In this document: in pieces, positions 20,001 through 28,195 of the stretch
Layout of the letters: every line of letters starts with the position of its first letter
Position numbering within the stretch: the first letter of the stretch is position 1
Assembly (NCBI GenBank): GCA_019057475.1
Contig: DXJO01000010.1
Coordinates: 384,001-448,000 of the forward strand
DNA: 64,000 bases
Source: Candidatus Thorarchaeota archaeon
GTDB lineage: Archaea; Asgardarchaeota; Thorarchaeia; Thorarchaeales; Thorarchaeaceae
Reading direction: 5' to 3'
Notes under the pieces: generated by a model
Databases searched by the model: none
Seen by the model: only the letters and a program-made list of their open reading frames with translations
What the model was told of the DNA's origin: nothing
Translations under genes and position numbers: made by a program

Positions 20001-21408
20001 CATCGAGAGGGCTGAGCCATCAACTCGCGTCTTCTTTGCTGAGCTTCGTCCATACCATCAATCGGGTCCCAACTGGCTGAATGCGATTGCTGATGACATA
20101 GCGGCGCAAGAAGGGAAAATTGAGATTTTGCTAAACGAGTCATTGAGAGAAGTAATAGGGCCTGACGAACGACTTCAGATTGGCGTAGTTGGTCGCACTC
20201 TCTATGTTTGGTGCCATAGAACAAATCAATTAAACTGGGCTAACCTCTATTCAGACGAGCTCTTCTACTTCGATATGAAATACAAGAGAGAACTAGTCAA
20301 GCGTATGCGTTCAGCTCTTAGCATTTCTGGCAATGTTAGGCTTGCCTCACTAGTGGAAAGAATATGCAATCATTACTCAGATGGCAGGCTGCGGCGCAAC
20401 CCCACGTCTGACTTCTTGGTAGTAGATATACCCTACATCAGTGGTGAAGCATTGCATTTCTTAATCGATACTATTGGTGTGAGTCTGGACAGCTTGCCTG
20501 TTAGGCAGATAGGCACCAATAGGAACGACGGTCAGATCATCAACCCCAAGTTTCCACGAAACATTGGCCAAATCATCGCACAGCTCTATGCAATAGTCGT
20601 AAGTGATGGCCACATAGACAACCAGTGCTCGGTCTACTACAGAGAAAAGCGACCGGCAAGGCTTGAGATAGTAAGACGATTGTTCTGTCAGCTTGGAGAT
20701 GTCGCCTACAGATACCTAGAAGAAATCAATGGGACTGGGGGTTTGTATTTTCCGCCAGTAATCGGTCGAATGCTTGCAAAGGTTGGGATGCCAATTGGGA
20801 ACAAAACGAACATCAATATGGGATTGCCGTCGTTCATACTGAAGAATCCCAAATCCTATGGTCGTGACCATCTACGAGAGGTCATCCCAGAAGACGGCTC
20901 TTTCCAATTCTCAAGACCATGTTTCTCTATCAGTCGTGCAGCACTTCTCCACATCCCAGACAGTAGTCCAATGATTACTCCTGAAGAAATTGAATTAATT
21001 CACAGTCATGGATCTCCCCTAACTCTGAAATTCCCTGATAACCACAGAGATGCCATTTCCATAACTTTTCGCTGTCTTTATGACCTTTCTAAAACGAATA
21101 AAAACGCGAACAAACTGTATCAACGGATTCTCCAGACAAGGAATCGCCTACTCGATGATGAAGGTCGAATCTGCAAGGCAAATGGTATTGACACAAAGAT
21201 ACGCCCAAGTCGAGTGTATTTGCATAAGGATACAGGCAAAATAACAGTAATTTGGCGTTTGAGAACAAGAACACTTCAAGATGCAATGAGATGGGCTATT
21301 CTGGCTCCCCCTCATGATGTATATAAGCGCTCATTGATTGAAAGATTCATAAATGCACGACAGGACATCCGCGACCAAGTGCAAGGTCAACTCAGAGAAG
21401 AAGGATAG
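17035..21408 (+). CDS. Large protein: acidic N-terminus, four tandem HTH-containing modules, C-terminal two-motif LAGLIDADG (intein/DOD-type) endonuclease-like domain
   Basis: 1457 aa, 14 bp after the ATPase stop. HTH-like segments EELALELDIDQETVEKW, VEELAKRFSFTVDKVVRW, TQNEIAEILGTRQTRVSKW, SNKELSRIFGVSKRAIWCW. LAGLIDADG-like blocks LYAIVVSDGHI and HLREVIPEDGSF, with G-x-P-x-G-N-K…LPSFI between them. Confidence 0.8.
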   Translation: MRRGDYEGGNEGRERRSHHEEGESSEHHERSESNNLMDEIERDLESGEKRTTDADELMDDIVRELEGRSEIEELMDEIERDLEGEQEARETTEAEQLMDEVKKELEDDRETVESVEDRLDEFEEDILENFEKYGIDGDEVMERWRERFVEDVEEELENDSASDQPDESAEVSDDAADSEMTEAAESYSHSESGDGTVQILKSEGHSETTESVGESEEHKAEMEPQAESDSSVEGEKDRAVEESNQKEGLESPETEKQIAQETESETSENSAQHELKRDSKESIPETSEDAQARQQTSETVSESSEEKAEAAEQKEEQAEGIESHSVRVECEELAEEEVEDTQTEGHLNESEEEGEVIQDSDSENMQEWKEDGESEELADSEHLEEPDSTQSTLESYHEVLEENISPDAEELDEDEEVDERVVSDDERLTGMLDSPYPHVYVDETGFFAETEEQRWRRKLIELYNELPEEMKQLYRELVKATLESEEGLEKLLDTFPELRDQEEYEEKHEDALEYVRFRQKLQELELLGTPEETTAEELALELDIDQETVEKWLNDDYDSFPKLIQQVWNQEIERRWGTVLRAIANRDVPYDMSEVNEILKRFPELKRKRCFGWHYDEVKAWTEVMAAKKHGKITTLIIQGKERFKVDEVEELAKRFSFTVDKVVRWLRDESRPRLVDVLTEKKLRLRSKQNGTIQEPTIVQEASTFEDWIQRELGDFAGLLNDKQIKRIHEVHAISSFVDPKYENSQYSAESDSTIDESRRNILRSKEDLDEAIEANPGIREFKDFAKTYHDALAYIRLRIMLESEATGALTQNEIAEILGTRQTRVSKWMLGQATPRIIRSIEGHPRFETDFAPAIESFSDVIGLIKHIPHIIDSKRFSERLLQSWLYHEFKQQDKNGNLAEYSNKELSRIFGVSKRAIWCWRTSKTRPILDNMLSTQERARRKHEASLQSKARELRIDPSLVYESFRGLKKSKDRTLQSIAESIRELIERAEPSTRVFFAELRPYHQSGPNWLNAIADDIAAQEGKIEILLNESLREVIGPDERLQIGVVGRTLYVWCHRTNQLNWANLYSDELFYFDMKYKRELVKRMRSALSISGNVRLASLVERICNHYSDGRLRRNPTSDFLVVDIPYISGEALHFLIDTIGVSLDSLPVRQIGTNRNDGQIINPKFPRNIGQIIAQLYAIVVSDGHIDNQCSVYYREKRPARLEIVRRLFCQLGDVAYRYLEEINGTGGLYFPPVIGRMLAKVGMPIGNKTNINMGLPSFILKNPKSYGRDHLREVIPEDGSFQFSRPCFSISRAALLHIPDSSPMITPEEIELIHSHGSPLTLKFPDNHRDAISITFRCLYDLSKTNKNANKLYQRILQTRNRLLDDEGRICKANGIDTKIRPSRVYLHKDTGKITVIWRLRTRTLQDAMRWAILAPPHDVYKRSLIERFINARQDIRDQVQGQLREEG
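17137..17350 (+). repeat. Four imperfect LMD(E/D)(I/V)xx(D/E)LE coding repeats
   Basis: LMDEIERDLE, LMDDIVRELE, LMDEIERDLE, LMDEVKKELE; the DNA repeat ATGGAYGAGATAGAGAG is visible. Confidence 0.8.
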
Positions 21409-21450
21409 TGTTTGATAGGTTGATAAGTTATCCTCTTGATGATTTCCAAT

Positions 21451-22508
21451 GCACGTTCATCTTTCCGCCGAAGCCATCCATGCGCCTTATCACTGACACA
21501 TTCAAATTCTGTTCGCAGAGCATGCCGCTTTGGAATACGATCTCCATATCCGGTTATCATATCCGAGAGGCCGGCTCGACGGCCGTGCAGGAAATCGCTT
21601 TCACGCTAGCCAACGGGGTTGCCTACGTTGACGCCGCTGTCAAGGTCGGTCTCGACGTAGATTCATTCGCATCTCGATTATCTTTCTTCTTTGGTTCGCA
21701 TAGTGATTTCTTTGAAGAGATTGCCAAGTTTCGGGCAGCTCGAAGGCTTTGGGCTAGGATAATGCGCAATAGGTTCGGCGCAAAGGACGACAACTCTTGC
21801 AGAATGAGGTTTCATACTCAAACAGCTGGTTGTACGTTGACCGCGCAACAGCCGGATAACAACGTTGTGCGTGTGACTCTTCAAGCCCTGCAGGGCGTGT
21901 TGGGTGGAACACAGTCGCGCCACACGAACTCTAGGGATGAAGCATTGTCGCTCCCGACGGAGCAGTCAGTTCAAATCGCACTTAGGACTCAGCAGATAAT
22001 CGCTTACGAGACCGGAGTGGGTGACACAATCGACCCGCTAGCCGGCTCCTACTTCATTGAACACTTGACTGATGAAGTAGAGAAGAGAGCAATGGAGTAC
22101 ATTACGAAAATTGATGATATGGGCGGCGCCCCTGCTGCAATCGAGAAGGGATTCATCCAAAGAGAAATCAACGACAGTGCCTATAAGTTCCAACAGGCCG
22201 TTGATAATAACACAAGAGTCGTAGTGGGACTCAATAGGTTCACCGTGGAGGAGGAGCAACAGTTCGACTATCTGAGAGTGGACCCAGCAGCAGAAGCAGA
22301 GCAGATTCGGCGATTGCAAGAGATGAAAGAGGGACGTGACCAAGCGGCTGCTGAAAAGACGCTTGAAGCGATGAGGTCTGCTGCAGAAAGTAATAGTAAC
22401 CTAATGCCCCTGATTCTTGATGCTGCCAAGGCTTACGCGACTCTAGGCGAGATGTGTGGAGTGTTGCGTGAGGTCTTCGGTGAATACAGAGCGCCAGACA
22501 TATTGTAG
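21451..22508 (+). pseudogene. mcmA: Methylmalonyl-CoA mutase large (substrate-binding) subunit, 5'-truncated (about 200 N-terminal residues missing)
   Basis: TFIFPP…WNTISISGYHIREAG…RFHTQTAG…AQQP…EVFGEY. The upstream GTIQNDILKE…RG segment is absent. An in-frame GTG at 21408 would add about 14 unrelated residues. Confidence 0.85.
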
Positions 22509-22520
22509 GGAGAGAGAAAC

Positions 22521-22931
22521 GTGCCAATCGACAAGTTGGACCACATCGGAATTGCAGTGAAGAGCATTGAAGAGGGTCTCAAGTATTATCGAGATGTGCT
22601 TGGGATGGAGTATTTGGGCGAGGAAGAAGTAACCGAACAGAAGGTGCGTGTGGCATTCCTCAAGCTTGGTGAGAGTCGGATAGAGCTTCTTGAACCAACC
22701 TCTTCGGACAGTCCGGTAGCGAAGTTCCTTGAAAAGCGAGGCGCGGGTATTCATCACATCGCAGTTCTAGTTGATGATATCGAAGCCGCCCTGAGTGGCC
22801 ATCGCAAAGCTGGGACCCGTCTTATTGACGAAACGCCCCGAGTTGGTGCACATAGTATGCTAATTGGTTTTGTTCACCCGAAATCTACTGGTGGGGTTCT
22901 CCTTGAACTATGCCAACGCCCACATGAGTAA
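22521..22931 (+). CDS. mce: Methylmalonyl-CoA epimerase
   Basis: LDHIGIAV…IELLEP…GIHHIA…FVHPKSTGGVLLEL; adjacent to the mutase gene. Confidence 0.95.
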   Translation: MPIDKLDHIGIAVKSIEEGLKYYRDVLGMEYLGEEEVTEQKVRVAFLKLGESRIELLEPTSSDSPVAKFLEKRGAGIHHIAVLVDDIEAALSGHRKAGTRLIDETPRVGAHSMLIGFVHPKSTGGVLLELCQRPHE

Positions 22932-22957
22932 GCGCGGAGCGCGAACCAGAACTATCT

Positions 22958-24007
22958 TCAGATTCTGACAGGATTAAGAATTTCCTCCGCCGCACTGGTT
23001 ACCCTCGATAGATCCTCCCGCTCCACCATTCTGTTGAGAACAAATCTAACGCGCTTTCCGTACTCTCCGTAGACGAGGATCCCTTGTTTCTTTAACTCCT
23101 CAGAGAATTTTTCAGCGTTGATGCTGAAGTCGTTAAGATGCACGAAAATGATGTTAGTTTCGGGTTCGTCAACGATGAGGCCATCTATCTTCGAAAACGC
23201 CTTGTAGAGAATCTTTGCATTGGCATGGTCGTCTGCCAATCGGTCGACCATCCTTTCAAGAGCCACAATGCCTGGCGCTGCTATCAAGCCTACCTGCCTC
23301 ATTCCGCCACCAAGCCGTTTTCTGACTCTTCGGGCAGCGTGGATGAACTCCTCTGAACCTGCAATCATGGACCCTATCGGCGCAGAGAGACCCTTGCTAA
23401 GGCAGATTTGAACGCTCTCAACATCCTCTACGAGTTTCTTCGCCGGAACGTCAAGGGCAACTGCGGCGTTAAACAACCTCGCGCCGTCACAATGCACAAG
23501 AAGCCCATTGTCATGAGCGACATCTGCAAGGGCTTTGACCTGTTCTGGTCGCGTGATTGTGCCTCCTGCATAATTGTGGGTGTTCTCAACCACAACCATC
23601 GATGTTCTTGCGTAATGAGTATCATCAGGGCTTACAACTGACTGTAGGGTCTTGGGCAGAATGTAACCACGAACTCCCTTCACAGGCTTGGGGAACAAGC
23701 CCCCCAGTGATGCCATCGAACCAGCTTCAAAGAGGTATGTATGGGACTGCTCTTCCACTACAATCTCATCTCCTCTTCTTGTCTGCGCTAGGAGAGCGAT
23801 GACATTGCCCTGTGTTCCTGAAGTGACCAGCAGCGAAGACTCCTTTCCTAGAATCCGCGCAGCCTTATCTTCGAGCTCGTGGACGACCTCATCCTCGCCG
23901 ATGACATCATCGCCGAACCTACCTTCCCTATGTGCAGACACAATCGCTTCGATCATCTCGTCCGTCGGAAGAGTCACAGTGTCACTTCGAAGGTCGATAG
24001 TCTTCAT
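22958..24007 (-). CDS. ltaE: Low-specificity L-threonine aldolase
   Basis: DLRSDTVT, SGTQGN, ENTHN, HCDGARLFNA, CLSKGLSAPIGS, GGGMRQ. Confidence 0.93.
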   Translation of the reverse strand: MKTIDLRSDTVTLPTDEMIEAIVSAHREGRFGDDVIGEDEVVHELEDKAARILGKESSLLVTSGTQGNVIALLAQTRRGDEIVVEEQSHTYLFEAGSMASLGGLFPKPVKGVRGYILPKTLQSVVSPDDTHYARTSMVVVENTHNYAGGTITRPEQVKALADVAHDNGLLVHCDGARLFNAAVALDVPAKKLVEDVESVQICLSKGLSAPIGSMIAGSEEFIHAARRVRKRLGGGMRQVGLIAAPGIVALERMVDRLADDHANAKILYKAFSKIDGLIVDEPETNIIFVHLNDFSINAEKFSEELKKQGILVYGEYGKRVRFVLNRMVEREDLSRVTSAAEEILNPVRI

Positions 24008-24182
24008 GATTGCCGTTGGAACTAATTTCTCGGTTTAGTCTTTCGGTGCACTGACCCATGAATGGTAAAATCTCCTGCAAGGGCTGTCTAGATTGGAGTC
24101 GCTATGTGCTATATCAGGAACGCATAAAGGCGATACCGATTGTTGGTCCCTCCACACACTTCTGAAATTAGGGGATAATCCG

Positions 24183-25469
24183 GTGACAGAGAATGAAGAG
24201 CTTGGATACATAGGCAAGGTGCGGCTCTTCAATGCAGATGCCAGGCTCTTCATCGCATTCAATGCAACGCGTGCATTCTCTTGGAGCATGGGCGGAGTCA
24301 TCTTCAATCTCTACATGATTGAGGCTGGCTTTGAAGCCGACTTTCTCGGTGTATTCCTGGCTGTCGCGATGTTTGCCACCGCAGGCGTTTCCATCGTTGC
24401 AGGATTGTTTACCGACAGGCGAAGCAGGAAGAATATAATACTCGTATCAACTGTGGTTTCGTTTTTCGCCATCGCCCTTCAGTATGTGGTGCTCGATGCG
24501 TCTTGGCTTTTAATCTCACAGGCTCTTCTCGGTTTCTCTAGCGCATTCATTATGGTTGCTTGGTCTCCGTACGTGACGGGCTTGTCAACATCTGAGGAGC
24601 GCGCCCACCTGTTCGGATTCAGCAGCGGCATTGCATTGCTTGCCATTCTTGCGGGCAGTGTCTTAGGCGGTTATCTGCCACATCTCCTTATGGAGCTACA
24701 GGGTGTTGCTCCCACACTCTTCTGGGCTTATAGGAAGACCCTCTGGCTTAGCCTCTTACCCCTAGCGGTTTCAACTCTGATTGTCGTGCCAATGACACGC
24801 GACCGTCCCGCAGGCATTACTCGAAGCTTTAGTGTTGGTCACATCAAGAATTCGAGGTTCATCGCAAAGTACGCAGCCACTGTCACAGTTGTTGGGATGG
24901 GTGCTGGGATTATTGTCATGTACTTCAACCTGTTCTTTTCATGGTGGGGCGCAGACTCTAGTCTCATTGGTATGGTCTTTGGGCTCAACATTCTCATGCT
25001 CTCGGCTGGCAACTTCCTAGCGCCAGCTATGGCTGACCGCATCGGCAAGGTGAAGACCGTTGTAATCACCGAGGCTCTTTCGATACCATTTCTATTGATG
25101 CTTTATTGGTCACCTTTCTTCAGCTTGGCAGTCCTGGCATACATTGCAAGGGGCACGCTCATGAATATGGCTGGACCCATTTCCAGCGCCTTCTTCATGG
25201 AAGGGCTTACTAAGGATGAGCGGTCCACTGCAATGGGTGTTGTCGGAACGGGTGACCGATTCGTTCGAGGCGTGGGTGCCATTATCGGTGGATGGTTTCT
25301 TGCAGCTGGGCTGTACAAAGAACCCTATTTGTTAGTGTCAGGACTCTACATTCTATCAGTTGTCATGTTCTACTATTTCTTCAAGAACAAGGAACAGGAG
25401 ATTGAAGCAATCACGAAAGTCAAAGTCACACTGGCGGAAGAAACCGAAGCCACTTCAGATATCATCTGA
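24183..25469 (+). CDS. MFS transporter
   Basis: About 12 TM helices; GLFTDRRSRK and AMADRIGK loops. Start chosen at GTG 24183 (ORF open from 24093). Confidence 0.88.
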   Translation: MTENEELGYIGKVRLFNADARLFIAFNATRAFSWSMGGVIFNLYMIEAGFEADFLGVFLAVAMFATAGVSIVAGLFTDRRSRKNIILVSTVVSFFAIALQYVVLDASWLLISQALLGFSSAFIMVAWSPYVTGLSTSEERAHLFGFSSGIALLAILAGSVLGGYLPHLLMELQGVAPTLFWAYRKTLWLSLLPLAVSTLIVVPMTRDRPAGITRSFSVGHIKNSRFIAKYAATVTVVGMGAGIIVMYFNLFFSWWGADSSLIGMVFGLNILMLSAGNFLAPAMADRIGKVKTVVITEALSIPFLLMLYWSPFFSLAVLAYIARGTLMNMAGPISSAFFMEGLTKDERSTAMGVVGTGDRFVRGVGAIIGGWFLAAGLYKEPYLLVSGLYILSVVMFYYFFKNKEQEIEAITKVKVTLAEETEATSDII

Positions 25470-26292
25470 AGTACATTTCCAGGGCGCGGCTCATTACGTC
25501 CTCGTCAGCTGGGAATACCAGTGGGATTGCCGTATAAGTTGCAGTGCAGGGATTTCCTCTGGCAACATGGAACACAGCTTTTGGTCGGCCATTCTCACCT
25601 GGGTGATCTATCTCCACTACGTAACTCGTCACTGTAGACATTTGCCCCTCGCCAGAGCTGTGTTTGCAGATGCTCGACTGACTTGGACCTTCACCGTGGT
25701 CCTTTAGAGCGGAAAAAACGCCTTGAACGCTGGTAACATTTCTGAATAGCTCATAGCCACGGTCAACGCGTAATGTCGAGTTCACAAAGCTGTCAACACC
25801 CTTTGAGTTCAAATGCTGACTAAGAACCTCCTCAGTATCAAGCATGATGTGATGTCCCGCGCGGAGCACTTTCCGTTCGGACCACTCGATTGAGTGGTCA
25901 TTCCCCGCAATCTCAATGGCAAGCATACTGTCGTGGTCCGCAAGAATGAGGTTTCCCCACTGGAATTTCCGGCCGCTCTTTAGCTGGTCTACAGTCATTC
26001 TGAGACCGTCCTCTGCATCTTTGGCGAACACAAGTATCTGTTCGGTGAGGATATCATACGTTGGGTCTTCTGTGCCCATGACGTGGCTATTTGCCACTGC
26101 AAGACCGTATCGGTTCACGCCAATCGAGAGTCCACCAGTCTTGCCTGTAACCATGTCGATTCCTCTCACACCAAATCCATCGACATCGTGAAAAAGCGCA
26201 TCCTTGTGGGAGGTGGAGTACAGGTCCCTGTTTTTGAAGAGTAGCGTCTTGTTGAGGTCACGAAGAATTACTGCACCTGCAAAGCTCGCCAT
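25462..26292 (-). CDS. Ntn-hydrolase fold protein (peptidase C45 / acyl-CoA:6-APA acyltransferase-like)
   Basis: TLLFKNRD, GVNRYGLAVANS, GNLILAD, LKDH…ICKH, GNPC. Start chosen at ATG 26292. Confidence 0.7.
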   Translation of the reverse strand: MASFAGAVILRDLNKTLLFKNRDLYSTSHKDALFHDVDGFGVRGIDMVTGKTGGLSIGVNRYGLAVANSHVMGTEDPTYDILTEQILVFAKDAEDGLRMTVDQLKSGRKFQWGNLILADHDSMLAIEIAGNDHSIEWSERKVLRAGHHIMLDTEEVLSQHLNSKGVDSFVNSTLRVDRGYELFRNVTSVQGVFSALKDHGEGPSQSSICKHSSGEGQMSTVTSYVVEIDHPGENGRPKAVFHVARGNPCTATYTAIPLVFPADEDVMSRALEMYFR

Positions 26293-26368
26293 TGTCCTCT
26301 CACACCCAATAGCAACACCGCTATCCCGCACACAATATAAGTCATCATTGTACATAGAAGTTAAAGGC

Positions 26369-27199
26369 ATGGCAGGGAGTCATCTAATGCGGTCTGATGG
26401 CGCTAGATGGAGCGTGAATGCGATCGACCCTCGGGCTATCCTGAATGGAATTGACTTGGTTCTGCTTGAGCCGAACATTGTATGTGTGAATCAGACAGAG
26501 TCAACAAACGTCTTGGCTAGGGTCATGGTAGAAGGAGGTCTCGGAGAAGGACTTATCGCAATTGCTGATCTGCAGACCCAGGGACGAGGGAGACATGATA
26601 GGACGTGGTATTCCCCCTTGGGTGGACTCTACTTCTCTATCGTGCTGAAGCCCCGAATCGCAGACGAAACTGCGCCATTGTTGGGGTTCCTTACCGCTTG
26701 TGCAATTGCCACAGGGATTCGCGAAGTTCTTGGTTTGGAGGTTTCTCTGAAGTGGCCCAATGATATCTTGGTTGGTGAACGAAAGCTGGGCGGCATTCTT
26801 AGTGAAACCGTTTCGACGAATAGCAGTCTGTTAGCCGTTATTGGGGTCGGCATCAACCAGAACGTGAAGAGAGAAGACTTGCCAGCTGAGCTACGAGATA
26901 ATACTACTACGATTCTCAGCGAAATCGGCAGAGAAACGTCAAGAGAAAATCTCATCTCAGCCATTATCAGCGGAATCGATTTCAGACTCGGCCGAGTGGA
27001 GTCCGATTCATCGTTTAGCTCAATCCTTGATGAGTGGACTGGTCACAGCAGCACCATCGGCAGGTCAGTACGTGTTCGTGATAGATCTGAAATCATCGAA
27101 GGGCTCGCTCTCGGCATTGGACCTGATGGATCACTGGAGGTAGAGGACAGCGACGGTCAGCTGAAGAGAATACTTATTGGAGATATCTTCCATCTCTAG
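26369..27199 (+). CDS. birA: Biotin--protein ligase (no N-terminal HTH)
   Basis: STN, QTQGRGRHDRTWYSP, LKWPND, KLGGIL, IGVGIN. Start uncertain (26369-26414). Confidence 0.93.
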   Translation: MAGSHLMRSDGARWSVNAIDPRAILNGIDLVLLEPNIVCVNQTESTNVLARVMVEGGLGEGLIAIADLQTQGRGRHDRTWYSPLGGLYFSIVLKPRIADETAPLLGFLTACAIATGIREVLGLEVSLKWPNDILVGERKLGGILSETVSTNSSLLAVIGVGINQNVKREDLPAELRDNTTTILSEIGRETSRENLISAIISGIDFRLGRVESDSSFSSILDEWTGHSSTIGRSVRVRDRSEIIEGLALGIGPDGSLEVEDSDGQLKRILIGDIFHL

Positions 27200-27293
27200 G
27201 TACATACGAAGGAAGGCTTTTCTCATGTGTCCATATTCATGAAACTGTAGATTTCCTTGTCTTGTCTAATAGTCGAAGATTTGAACGAGCGGA

Positions 27294-28166
27294 GTGGAAC
27301 TATTCTTGCGAACGACTGTAATCAAGATCGATGGCTCAGAACTCGATGAGCTACGTAGCCTGCTACTCAAGGCTCCTTCTACAGCGGAGAAGCGAACGAC
27401 AAATGAGTACGAGTCTTTCAAAATCGGATACAGCGGCGGCTCCATAATCGGCTATGCAAGCGGGAAGGTGGTCATTACTTCCGAACCAGCAGTCCAGCTT
27501 GTTCGTGAAGCCCTTCAGAAGATGGTTTTCAAGGATGCGGACTATGATCTTATTATAGGATCTGACGAAGCTGGGAAGGGAGAATGGTTGGGTCCTATGG
27601 TCATTGCGGCAGTCGCGTTAACTCCGACCCAATCGAGTGACTTGAGAGCACAGGGGGTCATGGATAGCAAAGACCTGTCATTAGATCGAATATCTGAGCT
27701 TGCCCCCGTGATAGTCAAGCTCAGCACAGCTCTGAAGACGGTGACTCTCCCACCAGATGCATTTAACGCGCTTCTGAAGGAGTTTCATGATGAAGGGAAG
27801 AATCTGAATGACCTCTTGGCTTGGGCTCATGCGAAGGCAATCTCACAGGTGGTCTCCGAGTTAGACTTGCGAAGTGGTACCCAACAGGTCCGGATTGTGG
27901 TTGACGAGTTTGCACGTTCCAAGACAGAGGAGCGCCTTGCCAGAGTGATAGACCTCGATTCTGTTGACCTTATTCAGAGACCTCACGCGGAAGATGAGAT
28001 AGCCGTTGCGGCATCCAGCATAGTTGCTAGGAATGCACGCGAGGATTGGATTGATGAGGCTTCGGTCAGGTTGGAACTGAATCTGCGTACGTTGAGCATG
28101 AAGGAGGCGGCTAACAGGGATGATAGCAACCTCTACGCAAAGACCAGCTATCTTCGCAGGGATTAG
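27294..28166 (+). CDS. rnhC: Ribonuclease HIII-like (N-terminal TBP-like domain plus RNase H2 catalytic domain)
   Basis: IIGYASGKVVI N-terminal domain; IGSDEAGKGEWLGP, GVMDSK, LLAWAH, VVDEF, VAASSIVAR. Confidence 0.8.
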   Translation: MELFLRTTVIKIDGSELDELRSLLLKAPSTAEKRTTNEYESFKIGYSGGSIIGYASGKVVITSEPAVQLVREALQKMVFKDADYDLIIGSDEAGKGEWLGPMVIAAVALTPTQSSDLRAQGVMDSKDLSLDRISELAPVIVKLSTALKTVTLPPDAFNALLKEFHDEGKNLNDLLAWAHAKAISQVVSELDLRSGTQQVRIVVDEFARSKTEERLARVIDLDSVDLIQRPHAEDEIAVAASSIVARNAREDWIDEASVRLELNLRTLSMKEAANRDDSNLYAKTSYLRRD

Positions 28167-28195
28167 TTGTCATCCATTCCTAACTGGATTGTTTT

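Larger units (their letters stand above)
13396..21450 (+). mobile_element. Putative inserted element (ATPase plus LAGLIDADG-domain gene) abutting a broken mutase gene; left boundary unknown
   Basis: The right boundary is where mutase homology starts abruptly mid-gene at ~21451. No integrase, transposase or att repeat was seen in the window. Confidence 0.4.

Noticed and set aside
20500-21452. Intein or self-splicing intron explanation for the LAGLIDADG domain next to the mutase
   Set aside because: No Hint blocks or terminal His-Asn, a stop codon separates the ORF from the mutase sequence, and no group II domain V or obvious group I core was seen.
21451-21660. First ~200 bp of the mutase fragment look GC-richer than the rest (possible co-conversion tract)
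   Set aside because: Based on noisy spot counts confounded by amino-acid composition; needs GC3 analysis and allele comparison.
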